This document shows, piece by piece, positions 28,604-40,600 of a DNA stretch of 64,000 nucleotides. The notes beneath the pieces are model-generated. The model did no database searches. It had not been told where the DNA came from and saw nothing but the letters and a program-made list of their open reading frames with translations. Position 1 is the first letter of the stretch. Every line of letters begins with the position of its first letter. Made by a program: the position numbers and the translations under genes. The stretch comes from a bacterium (GTDB lineage Bacteria > UBA10199 > 2-02-FULL-50-16 > JAJFLM01): positions 1,472,001 through 1,536,000 of the forward strand of contig CBDCFN010000016.1 of NCBI GenBank assembly GCA_965216315.1, read 5' to 3'.

Positions 28604-31600
28604 ATGCGTAGGAAACAGCTGGCGCCAAAAGCGCGAATTCCTTTTATTCCATTAACCGATACCATACGCAGAACAGGTCGCATCCGCGCGCAACGAGCGC
28701 GTTTTTTTGTACCTGCACTGGTCGCGTTCGTCCTGACCTGGCTGGCCCCCCCGCTGCTCAGTCCGAGCCACGCCTTCAGTCTTATTGAGGTTGGCGAATA
28801 CGTGGTCCAGGCCGTACAAACCGGGGAAGACGGCGCTGTATCGCAGATGTCAGGGAATAAGTACGTCGATATCGTCCTGGAAAACCCGCATGGCGACGTC
28901 GTCTGGACAAGTGATTGTAAGGAAGAAAAATTCACAACCGGCGTCTTTCCCTTCAATGACCAGCTCCCTACCGATGTTCTGGACAACAATCCCATCATGT
29001 ACATGAAGATCCGCGAATATGCAGACATCTTTTGCGACCTCCCTGTGGAGAAATGCGAAGGCAAAGGAAGTTCCAAGGTTTGTACAAATTCCGAATCCGA
29101 TCCCATAAAAGTCAGTAATGCCTTTCGCTCCGCGTCAGCCCATCGCGCGGATATTGCCTGGGGACTCAATGAAGTTTTCACTATCTTTGATCCCGACCGC
29201 AATAAACTCCTTGAAGTCGGCTTACCGCGGTCCGCCACTGAAGACGACTTAGGCAAACACTTGGCAATTATCGACTACATGCCGGGTTCCACGGAGGACG
29301 ATCCGGCGATGGTGACATTAGGCTGGGTGCCCGGTGGCGGCGGTTCGGGCGGCGCTGATGTCGCCGCGGGACGCGGTATCACGGTCACGGTTGATCCCGT
29401 AACGGGCGAACAAATTATCTCCATCGATACGCAGGCCGACTTGGTGGGGCCAGACGCCCTGGCCGGCCGTGTCTCCGTTACCGGAGAATTTCAGGCCCCT
29501 ATCTATGACACTTTCAATGACCTGCCCTCCGGTACGCTCGACGGCGCTTTAGCGACGACACGCTACGACGATCAGGGCAATCATAAACTGCAATTATGGC
29601 ACTACGATCTTATCAATCAGGGCTGGACTAATGCCGGCACCGTGGGACCACAAGGCCCGCAGGGTGAAACCGGTCCTCAAGGCCCCATCGGTTTAACCGG
29701 CCCCGAAGGGCCCCAAGGCCCACAAGGTCCGCAAGGCATTCAAGGTGAACAAGGCATCGCCGGACCAGCCGGCCCTGAAGGGCCTCAAGGTCCGCAAGGC
29801 ATTCAAGGAGAGCAAGGCCTCCAAGGGGAACCCGGCGAACCCGGCGTTTTCACCCTCGCGGGAACGGGACTTAAAAGCACCGTCATCTCCCCGACCGAGA
29901 GCGAACTCTCCATTGATCTCGCTTTTGATTTCGCGGACGACGTACAGAATGGTATCCTCAATGCCTTCACCGGCAACGTCGCCTTCAATAAAACCCTCAA
30001 GGTCCCCGTCTATGACACGATCGCCAATGCCTCCGCAGTCGAAGCGGGTATCGCCTATGCCCAGGATACCAAAGAGCTCTATTATAATGATGGACTCGCC
30101 TGGAAATCCGTCAAAGACGACGGCAGCGGCGGCAACAACATCAACAGCATTACCGCCCTCGCTCCCCTGGCCGCAACGGGTGACCGTGACATCACGCTCT
30201 CCCTTGAATTCGCGAGTGGTCTCTCCCTCGATGCGACCGGAAAACTCATCGTCGACACGAATCTCGTCGCCCTCAAGGCCGACGTGACGGCCGCCATTGA
30301 TGCCGCCCGCACGGAATGGCAGGCCGCGGATGCAACGACTCTGGCCACCGCCCGGACGGAACTCGCCGCCGGTGACGCCGCCACCTTAGCCACCGCGCGC
30401 ACGGAGATCGCCGCAGGCGATGCCGCCGTTCAAGCTGCGGCTGATGCCAACGCATCCGCTATTGCAGTCAACGTTATCAATATCAACTCCAATGCAACGG
30501 GTATAGCTAACAACCGAATCGACATCGACTTGAATAAGGCTAGCATCACGTACTTGGAGCAAAACGCTCTCACCCTCAACACGCCCGCCGGTGGTGATAT
30601 GTCGGGAACAATGAGTGATCTCCAGATCAATGCCGGCGCGGTGGGCGCCGATGAAATCGATTCGACAGGTGATTACACGATGGGCAGTCTCGAAACAACC
30701 GGGGACATCACGGCCAACCGCGTTGATGCGGCCGGTGGTGAAATGGTCATGCAGAGCGTTGACTTTGATTTATTTCTCAACGCCGGTGACACCCATGCCG
30801 TCTATGGACCCCCGACCGTTCCGAATGACATTGTTATCATTAAAAAAGAGAAATCGACCGGCGCCTTCACGCCGGCCAATATCGTAGTTGCCGACGGCAC
30901 CGATGACCGGCATGCCGCCACCGTCGGTCAGTTGAAGGCCATCGAGCAAAGTGCCGTCAGCCAAGCCGACCTGGATGCGGCCATTCAACTCGAGGCCCAG
31001 GCCCGCATCGACGCAGACCTGTCCATTCGTCAGGACTTCGCTGCCGGTGATGCGGCCGCACTTGATGCCGCAAAAACGTATACGGATGGTGAAGTCTCCG
31101 CCGCACGCACCGCACTCGAGGCGGCTGATGCGGCCGAAATAGCAGCCCGGGAAGCGGCCGACCTACAGTTTGCTACCGAGCTCTCGGCTGAAACGCAACT
31201 GCGCGAACAAGCCGACTTGCAATTCGCCACTGAACTTTCGGCCGAAGTGCAGGCGCGCCAAACAGCCGACCTGCAGTTTGCCACTGATCTCTCCGCCGAA
31301 GCCAGCACGCGCGCAGCCGCCGACCTTCAGTTCGCTACTGACCTCTCCGCCGAGGCCGACACCAGGGCTAGCGCCGACGCCTCGCATGACGCCACCCTCG
31401 CCGATCACGAAACCCGCATTTCGGCCAATGAGAGCGCCACCAGTGGAGCTATTAGAGAAGCCAGCAACGGCCTGAGTACGGAAATCGACGCCAACAATAC
31501 CAGAACAGTTATTCTCGGCGGGACACTCGACCGCGCCACCGCAATCGAGATGGGCGGTAATGAGATCACGCTAGAAGCAACGAGTCCGACCGACTCCACC

Positions 31601-34600
31601 TTTAAATTGATCGCCCCGGACGGCAATGGCGGCACACTGGCCGCACTCGCCCTGCCCGCGTATCAAAATTACATCTCGACAGATGCTGACGGCGCGCAGA
31701 CTGAAATCGCCCGCATCGGTCACGGCGGGCTTCAAGTTTGGGACCGTAATGGCAATAGTATTTTCCAGGTCCATCCGGATACCGGTATCGTCACGGTTCC
31801 CGCACCCACAAGCGATTTTACCCCTGCGACCAAAAAATACGTCGACGATAGCGTCGCGGGTGCGGGTGGCGGTGATATCACCGGGGTAACCGCAATCGCC
31901 CCTTGGATCACTGGCGGTGGTGACGTCGGCGATGTCTCCATCGGTTTCAATGAGCAGGCCTTAGATACCCGTATTAATACTATTGTGGGGATTGAAAAAG
32001 CCGAGCGCGAGGCAGCGGATCTCACCCTACAAGCCGGCATTGATGACAATACGAATCGCGTCTCGGCGGTTGAAACCCGTGCCACGGCCATTGAAGGCAA
32101 TGTCACCGCCCTGCAAACTTCAGACGCACAACAGTCACTGGATATCTCTGCAAATAGAGTTAGCATTGATGACAATACGAATCGCATCTCTGTGACCGAA
32201 GCTGTCAATAATGCTCAGGATGCTAGCATCACGACTAATACGGTCAACATAGCAGCTAATACAGGCGGTATTGCTGCTAACCGCCTTGATATCGACACCA
32301 ATAAAGCACGCATTGATGCTAACGAAGCCGAACTTCAGACCAAAGTCGGCGTTGACGACACGATCACTGGTGGGGACCTCGAAGGCACCTATGGCGCGCC
32401 GAAGATCCGCGCCAGCACCGAGATCACGATGAACGATGACCAATTCATTTGGAATGCCGGCACCCGCGGTACCGTGACGGTCGACGCCACCCAGAACCGA
32501 ATTTCAACCGGTATCCGCGTTGAAGGCCCAAGTGACAGCACAACCAAATTCTTTGAGGCCCAAGACGCCGCCGATCCCGACAAACTGGCCTACATGGCTC
32601 CGAATCTCTTGGTCGTAAAAGAAAAGGATGCAACAACCGGCGAGTTAGATGAAATCACCGTCACGGCAAGAAGACTTGCTAAAAGCACAACGGATGGCAA
32701 CGGCAATATCCGTGAAGACTTCAGCCTCGAAAAAGACCGTTTGATCTATCGGGATCCTACCGGCGGCCTGCTCTCGGAATATCGTGCCGACGGAGCCAAG
32801 GTCGGCTCCACCGGCCTGGAATTTGCTGATGGAACAGTCCTGACAACGGCCCCTCCGGATGCCGTAGCAGTCCAGGCAGGCGATGATGCCGTCCGCGCCG
32901 AATTTGCGGCCGCTGATGTACAGCTACAGACCGGAATCGATGCCAACGCCAGTGCCATCGCCACCAACATTATCAACATCCAGTCCAACGCAACGGCTAT
33001 TGCCAGCAACGTAAACGAAATCAACATCAATAGGACCAATATTACCAACAACGCCTCTGAGATCCTCATCGTCAAAAGCGACGTCTCTGCCCTCGACGCA
33101 CGCGCAACCAGCTTGGAAACACGGGCGACGGCACTTGAAGCCGCGGATGTCACCTTTAATGCGCGGATCACCAACAACGAAGGCGATATTAACGTTCTGG
33201 ATACCCGCGTGGGCGCTACCGAAGCGTCTATTGTCGGACTGGATGCCCAAGTCACAACCAACGCATCTCGTATCACCGCCGTTGAGCTTGGCAAACTCGA
33301 CGCCGACTTTATCTTCCAAGGCGCCATTACAGGAACCGCGGACGCGACGACGATTACCGCCGGCGCGGTGACTCCGGACAAACTCGATGCGAGCGCCCGT
33401 TATACCCATGGCGGACTTGATATCACGGATGGCAATACGACGACGACCGTGGATATCGATCGGGTCGAGATCCTACGGGGTCCGCAGACTGCTGCAATTA
33501 CCTTAGACGGCACAGCGAGAGAAATACGGCTACAAGCGGATGACGGACGTCGCAATATCGCTTCTGCCACCGCGATCGAATTAGTAGATGATCAAGGGGT
33601 CTCCGTTTTCAAGGTCGATGCCACCGCCAATCGTTTAGACATCGGCGCGGGATCCACCTCCGTCGCCCCGGTCATCGCCACCCTCCCCGGCGGCATCACC
33701 TACGGCGATACGAATCTCGATGGCACCATCGATTCCCCACTCGTCGATGAATTTGAAATGTTCTATACGGATCCCAATTCAGGTGCTCGTGTCCTTGCAC
33801 CGATTCGCGTCGGCTCCGCCAATGGTGACCTGGACCGTGCCGCCACCTTAAGAGATGTCCGCGCCGAAGTCGGACAAGGTGGCTTCGGTGATATCACCGG
33901 CGTCATCGCCGACACGGGACTCATCGGCGGCGGCCTTGTCGGCGACGTCACCCTCGCCCTCGATCAGGCCTTCCTGGATAATCGAATTAATACGGCCGTT
34001 GCGATTGAGAAAGCGGAACGGGAAACGGCTGACGCGACCCTGCAAGCCGGCATCGATAGCAATACCAACCGCGTCTCAGCGGTGGAAGTCCGTGCTACCG
34101 ACCTAGAAACGCGGGCCACGGCACTTGAAGCCGCGGATATCACCTTCGATGCGCGGATCACCAACAACGAAGGCGATATTAACGTTCTGGATACCCGCGT
34201 GGGCGCTAACGAAGCGTCTATCGTCGGACTGGATGCGGAAGTTACGGCCAATACGACCGCAATTGCCGGTCACGACACCATCATCACGGCGCATACAACC
34301 GACATCGCCAACCTGCAAGCGGCTGATACCGTTTTTGACACACGGATCTCGGCCAACGCCACCGGCGTCGCGGACAACACTGCTGCGATTGCCGGCAAAC
34401 TTGATCAAGTCCAAAGCAGCGCCCAAACCCTCGATCAAGGCGGCTTTGGATTTACGATACGAGGCGATCAGGCGCAAACCGTCTTGGATCCGAGCGGTCG
34501 ATTATCAATCGCTAACATCGGCTCCAGCGGCCAAGACGGTGTGAGTATCGATGTCACCCAGCTGGGCTCAGCATCCCTTGACATCGGTTCCAGCGGTCAG

Positions 34601-37600
34601 GACGGTGTCGATGCCTTCTTCCGGCTCTATGGCGACGGCAGCGAACTGTTCACTGTTGACGGCAATGCGGGTTTCCTCCGATTTGGCCAACGGCAAGGCG
34701 GCACGCCCCTCTTCGCTATTGATGTCACCAACGATCGCTTCACCGTCGGCGCCTCATCCCTGGAAATCGAGCCTCCCCTCGCCGTGTCGTCCATTAAAAT
34801 CACGCCGACGGACAGAAATGGTGACGGTAAAATTGACATTGCCGACCCCATCTTTTTCACGACGGACGACGGTACCGGCAATCAAGCAGCCACCGCCATT
34901 GCATTCGGTGCCCCGGCACTAGATGCGCAAGGCAACATCATCGGAGAAAGTGGTGTCAACTGGAGCAGCTTACAAACGGAACTCGATAGTCGTTTTGCCA
35001 ACTCGCCCTTTGTAACCGATACGGAATTACAAGCCGAAGTCACCGCCCGTCAAACTGAAGACGCCGCGATTCGTCAGGAATATGCCGATGCGGATACCTT
35101 GGTCAGGGCCGACTTTGCTACGGCTGATACTCTTATCCGGGCGGATTTCGCAGCTGCCGACGCTCAACTCCAGAGCGGCATCGACAGCAATACCAACCGC
35201 GTCTCCGCGGTTGAAGTCCGCGCTACCGACCTAGAAACACGAGCCACGGTGGTCGAAACGCGTAGCCTGGATAACGAAACACGCAGCTTGGCCAACGCAG
35301 ACAATATTCAGATCAACACGGACAATATCGCCGCCGCACGCAGCGATATCGATAAGAACATAACGGATATTGCTGCCAACGTGACCGCCATTGATTCCGT
35401 GAATACCAGCGTAGGAGCCCTCCAAACGACGGTCGGCGTCAATCAACAGAATATTGCGAACAACTCGACTAGCATTGCTGCAAACACAGACGCTATCACT
35501 ACAAATGCCACGGCTATTGCCACCAACGCGGCTGACATTGCCACCGTCCAATCGGGCACACTGGATTCCCTGGATGTCGCCCAAGGGAAAATGACTTACG
35601 ATTCGACCAACGATGTCCTGAAAGTACGGCGCCGCTTAGAAATCGCCGATGATCTCGACACGACGACTTATGCCTATGATAGTCTTGACCGTAGAATTCG
35701 CATCATCGGGAGCAGCGGACAAGATGGGGTTCGATTGGGGATAGGCTCCAGCGGCGAAGATGGCTTCTTGGAGACAAGTGACGCTAACAATAACCTCGCC
35801 AGCGTGACCGCGACGGCTATCGAGTTGAAAGACGCTCAGGGCCTTGCCGTCATCAAAATGGATGCTGCTTCCAACCGTTTGGATATCGGAGCCGGCTCGA
35901 CCTCCGTCGCCCCGGTCATCGCCACCCTGCCCGGTGGCATCACCTACGGCGATGGGAACCTAGACGGCACGATCGACACGCCGCTTATCGATGAATTTGA
36001 AATGTTTTACACAGATCCCAATTCAGGTGCTCGCGTCCTTGCACCGATTCGCGTCGGTTCCGCCAATGGTGACCTGGACCGTGCCGCCACCTTAAGAGAC
36101 GTCCGAGCCGAAGTCGGTGCCGGTGGCTTTGGCGACATTACCGGCGTCATCGCCGATACCGGACTCATCGGCGGCGGCCTCGTCGGCGACGTCACCCTCG
36201 CCCTCGATCAGGCCTTTTTGGATAACCGCATTAATACCGCCGTCGCGGTTGAAAAAGCGGAACGGGAAACGGAAGATACTGCCATTCGTGGTGAATTCGC
36301 CGCTGCAGACACCCAATTGCAAGCGGCTAGTGATGCCAATGCCACTGCCATCGCCGCAAACGTTGTCAACATCCAGTCTAATGCAACGGCTATTGCCACG
36401 AATGTAAATGATATCAGCTTAAATAGAACCGATATTACCAACAACACCTCCGAAATTCTCATCGTCAAAGGCGACATAAGCACGGCACAAAGTGATATAT
36501 CGGCCCTGCAGGCGGCTGATATTACCTTTGACTCGCGCCTCGGCACTGCCGAAACATCGATCGTCGGACTCGATTCACGGATGACTCTCGCCGAGAACGG
36601 CATCACCACTAATTCAGGTGCGATAACTGACCTCCAAGGTCAGGTCACTTCCGGTATATCGGACTCTCTCGATGTCGCCCAAGGGAAAATGACTTACGAT
36701 TCGACCAACGATGTCCTGAAAGTACGGCGCCGTTTAGAAATCGCCGATGATCTCAACACGGTCACTTACGCCTACGACAGCCTGGATCGTCGTTCCGTCT
36801 ATCTTGATGCCACCGGCAACGACACCGTGACCATTGACGGCGCGAACAAAGAAGTCCGGCTCAAAAACGAAGACGGCAAGATCAGCATCGCCGATCCGAT
36901 CACCCTGACCTACAATGATGAGCTGGGCAATCTCAGCGCCAGATATGGGGCTGCCGGCATTGCCATTCCCAGTTTACTCACCGCCGACAAGGCAACCGGT
37001 ATCTTTGAGATAGCCCTGCCGGCATATAGCATCAACACCGGAGCGACAGGCGCCAACGACCCGGCGATTCGCAAAGGAATCGATATTGAATTGGGAACTG
37101 ATGGCAAGGCCCGCCTCCAATACGACGGAACCACTTTAGATGAAAACGGTGCGCCGGTCTCATTAGATGGTACCTTCGGGTTTGTTCGCGAAGATGCCCA
37201 AGGAAATAATTCCCTCGTCTCGATTGCCGTCGTTGGTGGAACATTACAGCATCATGCCGTCAACAAGGCCCAACTCGATGCCGTCGCGGCAGGTTCCGTT
37301 ACCCAGAGTGAATTGGATGCCGCCGTCGCTGTCGAAACCACAGCCCGCACATCCGAAGACGCGGCCATTCGCCAAGAGTACGCGGATGCCGATACGCTCG
37401 TCCGGGCGGATTTCGCAGCTGCCGACGCTCAACTCCAGAGCGGCATCGACAACAATACAACCCGCGTCTCCGCGGTTGAAGTCCGTGCCACCGACCTGGA
37501 AGCGCGGGCCACGGCTCTGGAAGCTACCGATGTCGGATTCAACACGCGCATCACGGCAAATGAGGGCGCCATTGCGACGAATGCAACGAATATAGCTGGT

Positions 37601-40600
37601 CATGATACCCTTATTACCGCGAACACCGATGCCATTGCCGCCCTCGACTCCAACGTCACGACCGACGTCCTGACCGCCAGGACCAGCCTCGATGTCGCCA
37701 GCGGCGAGATGAATTACGCCAATGGTCGGCTTTTCGTCGGCGGCACCAGCGCCTTCGTCGGCGACTACGAATATAACATTACGGATAAACTGGTCCGCAG
37801 CACCGATTGGGACATTAATCATGAAAGTGTGACCGGCAACGTGCGTATAGCGGGCGGCAACATTGAAATCAGCGGTACTGACGGTAGCAACAAAGCCTCG
37901 GCTACCGCAATCGAACTACAAGACGCTCAGGGCCTTGCCGTCATCAAAATAGATGCTGCTTCCAACCGTTTGGATATCGGAGCCGGCTCGACCTCCGTCG
38001 CCCCGGTCATCGCCACCCTGCCCGGTGGCATCACCTACGGCGATGGGAACCTAGACGGCACGATCGACACGCCGCTTATCGATGAATTTGAAATGTTTTA
38101 CACAGATCCCAATTCAGGTGCTCGCGTCCTTGCACCGATTCGCGTCGGTTCCGCCAATGGTGACCTGGACCGTGCCGCCACCTTAAGAGACGTCCGAGCC
38201 GAAGTCGGTGCCGGTGGCTTTGGCGACATTACCGGCGTCATCGCCGATACCGGACTCATCGGCGGCGGCCTCGTCGGCGACGTCACCCTCGCCCTCGATC
38301 AGGCCTTTTTGGATAACCGCATTAATACCGCCGTCGCGGTTGAAAAAGCGGAACGGGAAACGGCTGACGCGAACCTGCAGGCCGGCATCGATAGCAATAC
38401 AACCCGCGTCTCCGCGGTTGAAGTCCGTGCTACCGACTTAGAAACGCGAGCCACGGTGGTCGAAACGCGTAGCCTGGATAACGAAACACGCAGCTTGGCC
38501 AACGCAGACAATATTCAGATCAACACGGACAATATCGCCGCCGCACGCAGCGATATCGATAAGAACATAACGGATATTGCTGCCAACGTGACCGCCATTG
38601 CCAATAATACAACGGCGATCAATACAAATTCTCAAGACATCGGCACAGCTAACCAAAGAATTGACTCCAACGAAAATTTGATCGTCGGACTTGATTCACG
38701 GATGACTCTCGCCGAGAACGGCATAACTGCCAATGCAGGTGCGATCACTGCCCTCCAAGGTGAGGTCACTTCCGGTATATCGGACTCTCTCGATGTCGCC
38801 CAAGGGAAAATGACCTACGATTCGACCAACGATGTCCTGAAAGTACGGCGCCGTTTAGAAATCGCCGATGATCTCAACACGGTCACTTACGCCTACGACA
38901 GCCTGGATCGCCGTGTCCGCATCGTCAATCCCAGAGGGACTGATTCCATCACTTTAGACGGTATCAATAATCAGATGTCTCTGGCCGCCGATGACGGCAG
39001 CCGCGGTATCGTTATCCCGCAATTCCTCCAGTTCCTAGATGCACAGGGAAATATCAACGCGGAATATGGAGCCAACCGCATCGCTATTCCCAGTTTATTG
39101 ACGGCCGATATCGCCAACGGCGGGGCCGTCCAGATTGCGATTCCAAAATTGGAATTGGCAACCGCTTCCCAAGTCCGCTCCGTTGACTTCATCTGGAAAG
39201 ATCTCGACAGCAGCCTGGATATCATGACTCGCGATGACCTGGGCAATGATGTCTACGCCAAAATCCGCGTCGCCAGTGACGCTAATGACCCCAATTCCGT
39301 CGTCAACGTCGCTCTCCTGGATACTCGGGTTCCGCCCAATGCCAACTTCGTGACGGACACTGAACTCCAGGCCGAAACTGATGCCCGTACCGCCGCTGAC
39401 ACTACCTTACAAGCCAACATCGATACCGAAGCGTCAACGCGCAGCTCGGAAGACGCAAGGATCGAGGCGGGTTACATAGCCGCTGACACCACGATCAGCG
39501 CCAGTGTCACCTCTGGCGATGACGCTGTTCGCAGTGAGTTCCAAGCTGCCGACACCACAATCAGCGCTAGCATCGCCTCGGGCGATGACGATGTCCGCGG
39601 TGAGTTTGCCGCGGAAGACACCGCGATTCGCCAAGAATTTGCAACCGCTGACACCCTCGTCCGCGCCGACATTGCCTCAGGCGATGATGCTGTCCGCGGT
39701 GAGTTCCAAGCCGCCGACGCTCTTGATGTCAAGATTACAACCGGCGCCATGGACGATTTAGACCTTGCCGGCATATTCACTTACGACGAAAACAACCAAA
39801 ACATTGTCGGCCTCGGCTCCTACATTGCCAATGACGGCCTCGGCAACCAGAGCCGTGTATCGGCCACTGCTATCGAATCTTCAGCCGCTAACGGCAGCCG
39901 CGGCATCGTTATCCCGCAGTTCTTGAAGTTTGAAGATGCCCAAGGCAATCTTAACGCCGAGTACGGCTACAACGGCATCGCCATTCCCAGCCTCCTGACG
40001 GCTAATGTCGACAACGGTGGCGCCGTTCAGATCGCGATTCCAAAATTGGAATTGGCAACCGCTTCCCAAGTCCGCTCCGTTGACTTCATATGGAAAGATC
40101 TCGACAGCAGCCTGGATATCATGACTCGCGATGACCTGGGTAATGATGTCTACGCCAAAATCCGCGTCGCCAGCGACGAGAATGACCTGAACTCGGCTGT
40201 TAGCGTCTCTCTACTCAATACACGCGTTCCTCCGGGAGCGAATTTCGTGACGGACATCGAACTCCAGGCCGAAACTGATGCCCGTACCGCCGCTGACGCG
40301 ACCTTACAAGCCAACATCGATACCGAAGCGTCAACGCGCACCTCGGAAGATGCAAGGATCGAGGCGGGTTACATCGCCGCCGATGCCACCATCAATACGC
40401 GCATCGACACCGAAGTAAATACCCTGAATCAAGAGAATGAAGCGCAGGATGCCGTGATCATTCAAGGCGATCAAACTGTCCTTGCGGCTGCCAATGACTA
40501 CACCGATACGCAGGTGTCCACTGAAACCGCGGCGCGAATTGCTGCTGATTTAGATGTAGTAACAAACTCACTCGATGTCGCCGGCGGTGAACTGAACTAT

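Noticed and set aside
28702..28752. T7 and C7 homopolymers in the signal region as phase-variation switches
   Set aside because: Too short to be persuasive, and the C run simply encodes the conserved APP motif
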